DNA from: Balanoglossus misakiensis
Lineage: Eukaryota > Animalia > Hemichordata
Length of the DNA: 64,000 nucleotides
NCBI GenBank assembly: GCA_040954595.2
Contig: CM082598.2
Span: forward strand, 5,099,097-5,163,096
Reading direction: 5' to 3'
Shown: positions 39,511 to 52,503 of the stretch, piece by piece
Position numbering within the stretch: position 1 is the first letter of the stretch
How the letters are laid out: each line of letters begins with the position of its first letter
Made by a program: the position numbers and the translations under genes
The notes under the pieces: generated by a model
Told to the model about the DNA's origin: nothing
Database searches by the model: none
What the model saw: only the letters and a program-made list of their open reading frames with translations

Positions 39511-40120
39511 AGGGGAAATCCGTCGTAGCTGATTTCTACATAATTTGGTAGCTTTGATGTCACTCTTTCAGAAAAAAACATATTCGCCATGTATAGGTCG
39601 CGCGATTTTTTACAAAATCTAGGAAAAGTTGGCAGAATTTCCAATATGGCGTTTACTGTAATTTGAATCATGGGAAAAAAAGCGCCAGGACCAACTTCCG
39701 CCCACCTTAGTGTGGGTGATACCATTTTCCGATTGGTGTCACTGCGTCACAAGCTAAGCGTATTTGCATATTTTCCATGGGTTATAGCTCATGAAAACTG
39801 TCAATAGATGACAAATTTTCGACTTTGCTGATGATTGTTTATCAACTGATGCAAAGAACAAACAATAGCTATGAAAATACGCCTAGTCTGTCGCCCAGTG
39901 ACACCTATCGGAGAATGGTATCACCCACACCATGGTGGGCGGAAGTTGGTCCTGGCGCTTTTTTTCCCATGATTCAAATTACAGTAAACGCCATATTGCC
40001 AACTTTCCCTAGATTTTGTAAAAAATCGCGCGACCTATACATGGCGAATATGTTTTTTTCTGAAAGAGTGACATCAAAGCTACCAAATTATGTAGAAATC
40101 AGCTACGACGGATTTCCCCT
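39511..40120. mobile_element. 610-bp Kolobok/T2-like MITE with ~230-bp TIRs and TTAA TSD
   Basis: TTAA-AGGGGAAATCCGTCGTAGC...GCTACGACGGATTTCCCCT-TTAA. Arms are near-identical apart from a 9-bp indel and a few substitutions. Confidence 0.92.
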
Positions 40121-40789
40121 TTAAGCAGTGTCAGTGAGCATGCGCATTGTGCATATGGCGTCACCTTTATTATGCTCGGTGAACGCGCAAACAGGGCGCG
40201 TAATATATTGTTACCAGACAACTTCAGTTCACGGAAACACAAGGAACGAACCTTGATTATATAATAGTCGCGTGGTAGTATGTAATTCATACGTTTTGTC
40301 TTATAAAGTATGCTAAATTATCGGCTTGTCAAAACATGATAATGTCCATGTATATAGTTACTTGTGGTCTAAACAACATACGCGAGTACTTAATTTCACG
40401 AATTAAATGTGACGATTTGCGGGTTATATCATTTTACGTCCATGGTTATATCCACTATCAAGGTATGAGAAGAACCTAATGAAACAACTTTTCAAAGCAG
40501 TAATCATCATAATTGTAATTTCAACAAATACATGTACGTTGTAATGGTGAAACAAGGAATCTGGTAGCAGCATCTGAGACATTTACTTGTGCAATGTGGG
40601 ACCGACTTTGACAACCCGTTCACCTGTCCAAACCCATTGTTTCCTTTGCTAAGGTTGTGTGTCCACAGAGCGAAATGGAGGTGGAAAGGTTACATGTAAT
40701 ACACAATGTCCCAAGGACACTGCTATCCACTGAGACATGGGCCAATCAGGCTAGAAACTTACATTACATACCTGATAGGTACTAGTCAA

Positions 40790-40990
40790 CTTTTTGTTCC
40801 TTTGTTGCAAAAATGCCATGAATTTTATATATTCTGTTACATTGTTACAAACGGCCATAGTAATTTTGTTCTTTTGTTGCAAAATGCCATGGATTTTATA
40901 TATCTTGTTACAAAGGGCCATTGATTTACATATTTTTGTTATTTTGTTGCAAATTGTCGTGGATTTGCATATTGTTGCTACTTTGTGACA
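40790..40990. repeat. Diverged AT-rich tandem repeat (TTTTGTTGCAAAATGCCATGGATTT-like units)
   Basis: Recurrent TTGTT(G/A)CAAA..GCCAT motif at ~30-bp spacing. Confidence 0.55.
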
Positions 40991-42001
40991 AGCTGACCAG
41001 CCCGCCTTTTGTTCCATGTAATAACTGCTTGATATAGAATATTTGCATAAGTAGGTGAGTGGGCTAACTCCCAAGTGGGTATTCGTGACTCGTGATCTCG
41101 AAACCTTGGAGACGTGCGTGCACTAGTGGTTGAAAGCAATGCATCAGTAGACAGAGCGACAAAACGGTGAAACATTAGCAGTGTTCTCCACCAATGAAAA
41201 TTTATATAGACGGCTAATTTGCATATTAGTTTGCATAAAATTAACATATTAATTTGCATGTACTTGCATATGTATTTGAAATTATTAGTGTGTATAGATT
41301 TTACTTATCATTAGCAAAATTTCCTGGTGCCAATGATCGCCTATCGATGAAACATACTGGTTGCATTGATAAAAATTATCGAGGGAGGGGGGGGGGGTAA
41401 TGATTACTGTAAGAAAGGGAAGGGTGAGGAGGGTGGCCAGACTGACAAATTGCGCTTGGTTGATGAATAGCATACTAGGTGTACATTCTGTAAATGAGAG
41501 CCTGTGATCGATGGCCAATGAGAATATCCTACACATATCAAGGGAAACAGCTGGTAATTTTGCTATATTTTACTTGAAGTCACGAGGCTGGGTATACGTA
41601 TACTGCAGTTGACCAGGCTTCTTTGCAACATGTTTTAATAACCAAAAGAACACAATGTAATGACAACATATACAACCTTTATCAAAAAGTGCAGATTCAC
41701 CCAGTTTATTTTATTTTGAAGGCAGTTTCATTACTTGCAAGAAATTAGAAAATTTCACTGACTCATCCAATTACAATTCTATCAAGGTCAAGGTTTCTAC
41801 GTATGAAATTCGATGAATTTTCTTCAGACTGACACAAAGCATTTGGCACAATAATTTTAATACATTTGATACAAATAATTGTGAAATGAAAAATAAAAGT
41901 ACTGTTTCAGTGGTCACATCACATTTTAATTATGCAAAGGAATTTACATATAGCAAAAAAAAGAAAACTTCAGTAACTCAAGAAAAATACATGTGTCTAT
42001 T

Positions 42002-43439
42002 CAGGGCTCGAAATTCGTTTTTTTTCTTGGTAGCCTCAGTGGGCTACCATTTTCTAAAGTTGGTAGCCCAAGAGCAATAGCTGGTAGTCCACATAATACA
42101 ATGATAAATCAATGTACATTGTATACTGCTACATGTACGGTAGCAGGTCTATATCTGTTTGAGAACGTTGGTAAATTTTTAATATACATACTGCTATGGT
42201 GAACAATTATATTGTTGATTGACACGTGTCAAAATGCACACGAGTCCGCGGCCGGTTGAACCCAGTGTTTTCTCCAGGATGTTGAGAGAAGGGGGAATGT
42301 CCCCCCTTAGTCCAAAATTAAGGGGGATTTGGTCGAAGTAAATGTCACGATTGACAATTTTGAACGTTAACTTACTAACTGCCTTCATTCCATATTAAAA
42401 ACAGTATTAGTAAATTACAACATTTTACATGTGAACTTGACAACAAATTAACAGTTACAGTTTTTTCTTCTTTAAATTAGTAGGTTTTGCAGAGGAAGAC
42501 ACCAACTTGCATAACTTTCAGGGCATGTAATTTAAAAAAGCCTGGAGAGCTGAAAATAACTCTCCTGAAATTAATTACACAAGTGGTAGGAGAGTGACTA
42601 ACTGCTCCCCTGGCAAGGAGAGTGAAATGAATAAAATAAATGCAACTGCAAAAACAATAGTGTCTTTCTTTAATACTATACCCAGTAAAAAAATTCTTGT
42701 TTGATTTTAAAAGTTTCAGTTTTTTTAGCTGCCAAAATAATAGATTTTGAAACCATTATTATAGTGAAATAAATTGAAGTAGTATATATTCCTTCAGATT
42801 TCTGCCAACACTTCCCATCTGTGGCTAAGCACACTACTCAAATGGACAGTCTCTGTACATATTGAATGACTTTCCTTCCAAACAAGGTCATGGAAAACTG
42901 AGATGAACGCAGTTCTTTTAATTTGCATAAAATTGTTACGTTCAGCCATCACTTGAGTGCAGAGTGTGTGCTCTAAATTTAGATGGTGTCCAGATAGGCT
43001 GTTCCAACAATTGCACACTATAGCCCTGGAGCTAAATTACACGTGAATGAATGTGAAAGTCATCTACAACATAGTTTTGGGGGGTGGGAAGTTAAAATGT
43101 ATAGGCCAGCACGCAGTAATATCGGCCGTTTTCCCAGTGTTTTGACTGACGGTGCATGCTACGGAGGCTTGGACGCGCATGTACTGGCCGGGTGGGCTGC
43201 TCACGAAGGGGCGATGGTCGCCCCTTGAACTTGTTACAAGGGGCGATTCAAGTGTAAAAGAGGGGGAATCGCGCGTCCTGGAGAAAACACTGCTGGTTGT
43301 ATCATTATAAACTGTAACAAGTCCAAGATACGTCGCACGCATGGTAGCCCAATCGGGCTACCACTGGTGTCAAATTGGTAGCCCGATCGCAAACATTGGT
43401 AGTCTGTGGACGCGGGGCTACCGCGAATTTCGAGCCCTG
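42002..43439. mobile_element. Non-autonomous hAT-like DNA transposon (1438 bp), 16-bp TIR, 5-bp flanking duplication CTATT
   Basis: CTATT-CAGGGCTCGAAATTCG...CGAATTTCGAGCCCTG-CTATT. Subterminal GGTAGCC/GGCTACC motifs at both ends. No transposase ORF. Confidence 0.85.
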
Positions 43440-44127
43440 CTATTTCTGCTACCTCAAAAAATAACACATTTCTTCTGAGAAAATACTGACCAAAGAAATG
43501 CTTTAAAATAAGTCACTGAAAAAAGTGAAAATGATTCTGAAAAAAATACATGTACAATGAATGGTGATCGGTCGTCACAAAAATGTATTTTGCTGTAATA
43601 AATATTAGAGTGTAAAAATTTATTTTTTTAGCCATGATTGCATATCAAAATGTTAAAACATTACTTCTTGAAATTAAAATTATCAAAATAGACTTCAAAA
43701 AATGTAGTCAATTTCAGAAATCATCATCTAGGAGCATACTGACATGCTCTCTTCCTATTCAAATTATCTAGGCATATGTTGTTTTGGTAATATTTTAATG
43801 TATGCATAGCATACTGTTTATTATTTTTAGTGTTATATTGAGAATTATTTTTAGCATTTTTGCAGTTGTCTGAAAGCATGATTTATTTAAAAAACTTGAT
43901 AACCCATCTGCTGAAACAAATAAATAACAGCCGTAGCCCCAGAATTTGTCATTTTTTTCTGCCTAACAAGTGTGTGCACAACCAGTTGGGAGTGAACACA
44001 TCTTGGATGTGATATCTAATGACGGATATCGACATATTCAATACTTCCCCACCACTAGGTTACAGGTTTTTTACACATTGCATAATAGCATAGACAGGTT
44101 CTGCATTTAGAACAGACTGCCTTTTAA

Positions 44128-44212
44128 CCCTTTCACCCCCAGTTCCCTCTACAGAGGTCCAACTCTACCAGAGAAAACAATGGGCTTGGATTGAACCATG
44201 GTGGTGAAAGGG
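44128..44212. mobile_element. ~85-bp piggyBac-like mini-MITE (CCCT...AGGG), copy 1
   Basis: TTAA-CCCTTTCACC...GGTGAAAGGG-TGAA. Inverted homologues at 46784-46866 and 56966-57050. Confidence 0.75.
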
Positions 44213-44731
44213 TGAATAGGCCTACTGCGGTATAAAATGTCGTAACAGACTACTGTGGTTTTATATAGAAAATAGCAGTACAAATAAATACATGTTCAAA
44301 TGAATATGCTTATTTCTATGGCTGCTTTTCACACATGGTTTTGTTTGTACCTAGTGTGTTTTGAATTACGCGTTCCACCTATTCAGAAGCATGCAATTCG
44401 TATTTCACCCCATGGTGGCGCTATTCTGGCCAGAATGCTGGCATTTTGAACGATGTCTCATCTTAAAGTAACGCTTGTACTCTTCGCACATATTAGACGA
44501 AAAATCCACTGTAACAATCACATAACTCTCAAATTTACACTTACACGTATAGTTCATGATAAAAATTTATACAACACAGACATTTCCGTGTTCTCTATCT
44601 TCCTTGGCAGGATTCAGTTTAGATTCACTTTTCCCTCAGTTCATCATTTCAGGGCACGGTGGAGAGTTCGAGACACATGGAAGCAGTCCACTTCTATGAA
44701 CAAAGTCAATTCCTTGCATTTTCACTGACTG

Positions 44732-47700
44732 CTATACTCCCAGTTTGGCCATGGACATTTCGCAGCGCAAGCGGATTATTTCCCAGAACATATCTTTTTC
44801 TGGAAAAAAAAATTGTCAGAATATTAAATCATAGGCCAGGCGACAAAAAAGAGTGGTTCTGACCTTTCAAAAATAGCCATAAGTAGGTGGGGAAATTTGT
44901 TTTATTTTTAGGGCTCTCTTATTCCTGTTCTATGCTTTGAAGGCATCCAAAATTTTAAATATCAATATTATCACTATGATAATCTCTCCCCCCAACACTA
45001 AATGTCATTACAACACCTACCATGATCAAGATATAGCAATTTTATTTTACATATAACATAAGAATGCTATGTTTACTAACCTGCAGTCTTGACCAGCCCT
45101 TGACGAATGTACCGTAAATATGTATAAAAATCACACACTGTAGTAATCTGAAATAGATCAATAGACCCACATAGGAGTGAGAGAAAATAAACATCATGGT
45201 TTCAATTAATGTTGATTTGATTATGCGATATGTAAATTTGACAGCTGCACTGTGAATAATCAGACTTTTGCTTCTTACCCTGTCTCTGCAAGTGGCTGTG
45301 ATATTATGCCACCTCTCAGTTTCTCCCAGACGAAAACGGTACTTACAGATCATTTGCGCACCAGTTAAAGCACATTTTCTATGGAATAAAATAGAATATG
45401 AGAAGATACTGTAGTTTAATAGCTACAATGTATATCATTGCAAACAAAATGGTTGCTACTTTGTATTACACTGTAGTGTAACTGCTACAGTGTACATCAT
45501 TGCAAACACTGTGGTTGTTACTTTGTATTACACTGTAGTGTAACTGCTACAATGTACATCATTGCAAACAATGTGCTAGTTACTTTGTATTACACTGTAG
45601 TGTAACTGCTACAATGTACATCATTGCAAACAATGTGGTTGTTACTTTGTATTACATTGTAGTGTAACTGCTACAATGTACATCACAAGGGTTACAAGAC
45701 AGCAACAAGTTTAGTTCAACATCTCACTTACTTTGGGTAAGACGACAGCATTATGGGCTCAATACAGAGTGCATTCTGTTCAATGCAACTCAAGAGGGCG
45801 CTGGATAGCTCCGCATTGGCAAAATTCAAGCAGGGCTGGATATCTTCAGTTAGGACCCTCCTCATGAAGCTGTGGTCCCTCTCAATTGTGGGCTCTCCCT
45901 TCCACCTCACAAATTCTCTGTACAGCAGTGGATCGATCTACAGAAACACAAAGGGAGTTGCCATTTTAGTTCACAAGACACAGCATGAGAGTGAAGCTGG
46001 TATTTCAATAGTGACATGATCAAGACCCAAATTCACTTATCATGTAAAATAACTTTATTGATGCATTTTCGTTAACAAGAAAACTGTCTCATATCCAGGC
46101 TTCATATGTTTAAGGACATTCAAATTTCAAGGACTCTAGGAGTTTGGCACTGTCCTATTCTTTACTATCAATAACGTGATCTGGCCATGTGACCCACGGC
46201 GTTGTCATTTCCAGATGACGGGCAAGCGATATATGTCGGCATCCAGTAACAGTTTTTCTGAGTATGTTTTTACTTTAGAACCGCCAGACACGTAACATGT
46301 ATCAGGCATGGTGCCTCATCAGTCTTATGGCATTTCGTCTGCACGGTTTTTGTCTGCACCACGTTGCTGAAGTTGCCCGTCATCTGGAAATTTGAATGCG
46401 AACGTATCTGCCGACTGAGCGCATCTGACGTCATTTGATATCGAAGAATAGTAAATGTTTTCTCTTTTGCAGGAATTTACCTAAGTGCGTTCTCACTGCA
46501 CTGACAACCACCTCACCTCTCTATTATCGCACTGATTACTCATCTGCTGCATCTGCGCGAGACCGCCGACACTGCTGGCTTTCTGGTGAGTCTTCTTGGC
46601 CTGCTGGCCGCTGCTTCTGTGAAAGCCGATCTTGGACTTCCTGTAGTGCATGCTGGGAGTGGACGTGATCACCAGCGTCTTGAGGGCGCTCACCTCCGCT
46701 TGCAGAACCTCAATCTGGGGAGGAACAGCACAGTGTGTGGCAGAACTATTGAGAATCTTGAGCATGGGGTGGAGGAGATTTAACCCTTTCACAAAAATGG
46801 TTCAGTCCAAACCCAGTCTTCTCTATGGTAAGGTTGGGACCTCTCAAGAGGGAATTGGTGAAAGGGTTAATCGAGCCTCATTTTATACAATTTTATGAAG
46901 ATTAGGAGATCAGAAAAGTAGGCAAAGGCATCATTGTTTATACGGTCGTGACACAGCCGTTTTATACCTGGGGATCTTTGGCGTGCCTGAACACACTCCT
47001 TCCTAAGCTGGGTGCTGAAGACTAACGCTCATACACATGGCATGGTATGCTATATAATTGTTAGCACAGTGCCGGCATGTTTACAAAGTTGTACTCATCG
47101 ACATGGCTGACTTACTTTACTTTGAGCTTCTTTGAATTGTTTATCAGCAGCTGCTCTTTTCATGTTGGCCTCTCTGACCATGCCATGTGCTTCCTAGTGC
47201 GGGGGAGAAAATGTCGTCAAGTTATTCCAACAGACATATTTGTAAGTGTAGACGTTACACATAGTCACACCACAAACAATTCTCCCTACCTTAAATAGGT
47301 TTTAAGCTACCATAGTGAGTGATGAAAATGTCATATGGTCGACACAATTTCAAGATGGCTGATTTTTGCCATGTTTAAGAAATGGGAGTTCATAAGCTAA
47401 GCGTGATGATGGGTCATTCTGAAACTTTTAACAGAAAAAATAACAAAATGTGAAAAAAGTTTAATGAGTTTAATATGCTAACTACAAAGACAGACATGTT
47501 TGACCAAAGGAGGTCATGAAATACAGTAAACATATCATTTCTTCTATCTCTTACTACAGTGGGTTGTCGACTTTTCACCCAGAATGCAATGTGATTTGAC
47601 CCCCTAGTGCAAAGTGAAAACCTATTTAAGGCAGCCAGAATTCTGGGCTTATACTTTCACACCAACACAAAATTCCAGGGCTATCCAGGAATCCTTATGG

Positions 47701-49311
47701 TTAGATTTCAAGGAACGTTACATTTTCTCTTTGTACCTGGAAGAGGCTGGCCGTGAGTTCCTCCAGCTCTTTGTCCATCTCACTCTGCACGTGGGAAAGT
47801 TTGGTGACTTGTTCGTCTTTGAGTTGCAGTGCCTGTAACAAATAAAACAAATGTGGTACACTTTAAGGGTGGGGGGCGGAGGTGGGATGGGGGGAGGGAG
47901 TCATTCCTTCATTCCTGTAAGTCTTTTCTACAGGTATACAGAATGTAAATTTAATGACTTGGCAAGATGAAGTTAGAAGTACGTAACTCACTTCCTGGGC
48001 TCTCTTGAGTTCCCCTTGTAATCGTTCCACCACCTGAAGGCGAGCTGACTCAGATGAACTTTTCAGAGCAGCATCATCATCATCATCTTCTTCCTCCTCT
48101 TCGCCATTTTCCTTGTCTCCTTCCCCACAGCTGCCGACATTGAACTTGACCCTTTGTCCATTCCTGAAGCAAACAAAAATGGGCCATGAATGTATATGTA
48201 CATGTAGTTACAGTTCAGTTGTTTTTTGTTATAAGCTACCGGTATTGCTGGGCTTACAATGGGTTGGTTAATTGTTAGCTAATTTTCACTATTGTTTAAA
48301 GGGACACAGTCTCTCTCTCGCTGCCCTTTTTCCATTAATTATAGACACCGTTTATAATATTCTACATGTAGATATATAGAGAATCAACGTTCAAACACAC
48401 ACAACTTCCATCCAACTTGTAGACATGAGAATGAAAAACTCGCAAAAATGAATAATCGGTGTTTACCATTTATTCATTTTGGCGGGATTTTTACTCTCAT
48501 ATCCTACAAACGGGATGGAAGTTGTGTGTCGTTAAAAGCTGATTCTCTATGTATCCACATGTATAATAACATGAACAGTGTTTTGTGTCAAACATAATTA
48601 ATGGAAAAAGGCCTGCGAGAGAGAATTTGTCCCTTTAAAGGGACACAGTCTCTCTCTCGCTGCCCTTTTTTTTCATTAATCACATTCAATACACGAAACC
48701 GTTTTTCGTTATTTTACATGTGGATATATAGTGAATGAACATTCAACCACACGCAATTCCTTGCCACTTGTATAATATGAGAGTAAAAATTCACCCAAAA
48801 TGAATAAATGGTAAACACCGATATTATTCATTTTGGTTAGTTTATTCACTCTCATGTCTAGAAGCAGGATGGAAGGTGTGTGTGGTTGAACGTTGATTCA
48901 CTATATATCCACATGCACATTAACATAAACAGTCTTGTATCAAACATAATTAAGGGAAAGGGGGCAGCGAGAGAGAGACTTTGTCCCTTTAACTGGTATG
49001 TAATATGTCCTTTTATCTAAAAGTGAATGAAATGCAACAGGAACCTCTATAAACAGGACGCCTCTGCAAAGAATTTCTTCAGTGCTTTGGTGTCCGGTTT
49101 AGACAGGTTTAATTTGGTCAGTATACACATACCTTGTTGACTCTTTCTCCCTTGCATCGTTACTGTATCTTGCATCCCCATTGCCATGGCAACCAGCCGT
49201 ATCTCTGTCTGCAACGTCGCAATTCTGTGGGAGTCTGTTCTGACTAAGAACTGGCACACTTTTGGCCCTGGTCATTTCGTAGTCACACACATCCAGTGTA
49301 TTCTCGGTCAT
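44732..49311 (-). CDS. RAB3IP: Rab-3A-interacting protein / Rabin8 (Sec2-family Rab8 GEF), 9 exons (49311-49133, 48163-47992, 47832-47737, 47193-47116, 46714-46517, 45937-45732, 45378-45279, 45147-45081, 44799-44732), ~387 aa
   Basis: Sec2 coiled coil ELEELTASLFQEAHGMVREAN...IEVLQAEVSALKTLV. C-terminal [40 protein letters not shown] and MFWEIIRLRCEMSMAKLG. Phases are consistent; the first coding exon is uncertain. Confidence 0.92.
45410..45686 (-). repeat. 62-bp minisatellite, ~4.5 units, in RAB3IP intron 6
   Basis: Reverse complement of the 13864 unit. Confidence 0.92.
46784..46866. mobile_element. piggyBac-like mini-MITE, copy 2
   Basis: TTAA-CCCTTTCAC...GTGAAAGGG-TTAA. Confidence 0.8.
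48300..48988. mobile_element. Two head-to-tail palindromic MITEs (48300-48634, 48639-48988) with AGGGACA termini sharing one TTAA
   Basis: TTAA-AGGGACACAGTCTCTCTCTCGCTGCCC...TGTCCCT-TTAA-AGGGACA...TGTCCCT-TTAA. Each copy is an imperfect fold-back. A further left end lies at ~60624. Confidence 0.88.
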
Positions 49312-49828
49312 ATTCAAAGCCAGGCAGCACAACTGTACACGTCTATATATCAGCGTTGAATCTCACATGAACTACGCCTGTGAACTCTGAAGGGGGCAGC
49401 ACTTTTTGTGAAGTCCAGATCTCAAGTCAAGCAGTCCGCTGGCGAAAGTGAGTCCTGGGACACATTGTAGCGATGCGAAAAAAAGTCTTCCCCAACACAA
49501 CACAGAGTTTGGTAATTGGCAGTACACGCTGTATTAAGAATATTAATCCACTGACTCATACATGATGGATCGTACTTAGGTCCTAAAGGGGAAAAACATT
49601 TGAGATAAGAATTAGACAATCATGATGTCTTACACAATCATGAGGAGGGCATATGGGTCGAAGGTCAACTTTATCAATGGATGATCTTTGATTAAAGGAC
49701 ATTGTCTGGTAGTCTTATATTAAAATTCCTCAGTCATACCGTTGAGGAACCTGGCACGAGCGAGCCATATTGAGAAATTCAACAGCAATAGCATAGACCC
49801 TCAGACGATGGCAGATCAATGTACATGT

Positions 49829-50366
49829 TAGCTGCAATGATTGTAGCGGGTGCTGCTAGGTGCATTACCGCTACAAGGCCTTGTGTGTAATTTTCCAATC
49901 AACTTTCGGTCGTCAGCTCAGTTATGGGGTTTAACTCTTACCTCCGATAACATTTGAAAACCGAACGGGTGCATCCCCCCCAAAAAACACCTCCGACGCC
50001 CAAATTTCCCCCAAAATTGTCCTGCTTCCATTAAAAAAACGATAAATCCACTGAAGTTTCGCCGATGTGTTCCACCATGTTAGAGCAAACATGGCGGACA
50101 AAGTTTGTAAACATCGGCGAAACTTCAGTGGATTTATCGTTTTTTTAATGGAAGCAGGACAATTTTGGGGGAAATTTGGGCGTCGGAGGTGTTTTTTTGG
50201 GGGGATGCACCCGTTCGGTTTTCAAATGTTATCGGAGGTAAGAGTTAAACCCCATAACTGAGCTGACGACCGAAAGTTGATTGGAAAATTACACACAAGG
50301 CCTTGTAGCGGTAATGCTGCACACCAGTCAACCAAGCAGCACCGGCCGCTACAATCATTGCAGCTA
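49829..50366. mobile_element. Fold-back element: near-perfect ~206-bp arms (49862-50067 / 50112-50317) within outer TAGCTGCAATGATTGTAGC termini
   Basis: One mismatch seen between the inner arms, with a ~44-bp spacer. The outer ends match the 52504-52596 hairpin. Confidence 0.9.
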
Positions 50367-50982
50367 TGTACATGTATGTCACGGAAGCAAAGTCCGTGAT
50401 GCTGACATGACATAAGTTTTTATTATAAAACCAACTGAAGGTGTTGGGGAAGGGTGCTGTTTCCTTGTCATAATGAACACACTCTATATACGTTTACATT
50501 TCCGAGTATCAACAATACCCCCTCCCCCTATCACCTCGAATCGCCTGATCTAAGATACGCCCCTGTCGATCGCTGCTTCTTGGAGAGTTCCTTGAAATTT
50601 GAAATCGCATTTTTCGGTGGATTTGTCACGTCCAGCATCCATATACCACACACAACTTAACACACAATAACTGTAAATGTTCGTTACACCTGCATAAGAA
50701 TGGAGACCCGTGTGAAAGCCACCGATTCATTGACTTTCTTTGACCAGGCTGGAAGGCTCAAGGACGTCTAGTCGCAAACACAAGGACGACCGCTGTTCAA
50801 TATAAACAATCACTGACAATGGCAATGCTACCTCAGAAAATGAGAGAATGTTGTCCAAAGTATTTTACCTTTCCCCTACTGTAAGCTAGCGAGCGTTACT
50901 TCCGACAGATTCGCACCTACGCTATATACAGAACGCTGACAGCTGTGGACAAAACATCACAAGAAAACGCCTACTTGCTTAC

Positions 50983-51601
50983 CTGATCACTTCATCAAGG
51001 TTACCGGTGGACGCCATATTGTAAATGTCGTCACGTGACTATGTTTGGGTTTGACCATTTTTGCAGGGGTAAACATTTCTTGCCTGAGTGACTCTCTTAC
51101 TCGTGCTTTGTGCAACTTTCTAAACAAATCACAAATTTAAGGAATAAAAGAGGACGGGTTTAAGATTGTATCAATATTTAACTCTTTCTTGGCGAATAAC
51201 ATTAGCCCATCAGGAAGAGCTCACCTATGAAAAATAAGGCATCCTTCCGGCCCAGTCAGGTGACTCTTGATCAGCTGGTCAATCATGCAGGTTTCATAAA
51301 CAATCGAGGCTGTTATAGTTCACATTTTAAAGACTTCCAGAAGTACCATACGTTTTTGCTGTTGGGTAAGTTTAATTTTAAGTTGTCAGTTTTGCTCTGT
51401 TGTATCACAATCTCGGCAAACGTCTGTGTCAAAAAAGACTTGGAACCGTTATTGCTTTTCGCCGGTCAGGTCCGGTCGGTGTCAGGGTCAGGAAGTTTCA
51501 TTCAAAACACGTACGCTGTATCGTGCGTCGTGTCACGGATCACTGGCTCCTAAGCCGGTCTTTTCGGTTCGCTACAAGGACTTCCCCGGGAAGTAAACTC
51601 G
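50983..51601. promoter_or_regulatory. Putative bidirectional promoter between RAB3IP (-) and SLC66A1 (+)
   Basis: Minus-strand donor CAG|GTAAGC at 50983, ATGGCG at 51017 and E-box GTCACGTGAC at 51030-51039. Plus-strand GGAAGT motifs and a candidate donor G|GTATGT at 51601. Confidence 0.5.
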
Positions 51602-51939
51602 GTATGTTTTAGAGGAAAACGAGCCCGTCACACGATTTTCCTCAAAATAGAATGTATCATGGCATTTGGTAAAAGACCGACCGAACAGACACGCCCACCA
51701 AGAACCCCCCCCCCCCCCCCCCCGGCCATTTCCAACCCTCCCACTTCCAGTATTTGACTTGTCACACAACTTGGTAAAATGTGTATCATTTGTAACGTGT
51801 ACTTGGTTTCCTGTTGATAATAAAAAATGGTTTTATACCGAAAGTGTTATGCTATCGAAAAAACTTTCATGATCATCATTCATGTCATGTGACACAACAC
51901 AATTGAATTGCTATATGTGGAGTGACCGTGCTATATTTA

Positions 51940-52082
51940 AGCAATAAAACACCCCCAGCCATGGTATACCACGAGATTTTGACCAGTTCACGACATATAC
52001 GCACGAGCGATAGCGAGTGCATATATGGAGTTGAACTGGTCAAAATCGAGTGGTATACCATGGCTGGGGGTGTTTTATTGCT
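51940..52082. repeat. ~143-bp imperfect palindrome (MITE-like)
   Basis: AGCAATAAAACACCCCCAGCCATGGTATACCAC...GTGGTATACCATGGCTGGGGGTGTTTTATTGCT with centre GCACGAGCGATAGCGAGTGC. Confidence 0.85.
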
Positions 52083-52503
52083 ATTATATTATGCCAGTAT
52101 ATTGAAACTTTGCATAAAACATTTTAAAAAGGCATTTTCTTTGACTATGATATATGACTGTGGTATATGACTAATATACTGTATCACAGTCACATGTCAT
52201 GTCTTGACCAATAAAATAGCGTGATTTACACCATCAATATACTGGTATAATATATTCTATCACACTGACGTGACGACACTCTGAAAAGAAAACAATGCGG
52301 TATCTGTATGTCATGTGATAGGACATTGTTGAGCCGAAACCAAATTCCATAGCATAATTTACAATCATGTTTACATACAATTACATGTTGATTAGTAGTA
52401 AACAAAGAGCATGAAATTGTTAACCAGAATTTAGTGTTGTGTTAACTTTTTTTCTCCAGAATCTAAACCAGCTGTAAAATGTAGTAGTGACATGTATCAT
52501 GGA

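Noticed and set aside
39507-40124. Two near-identical ORFs on opposite strands (MVSPT...GFPL)
   Set aside because: They are the two arms of one MITE's inverted repeat, with no protein family signal.
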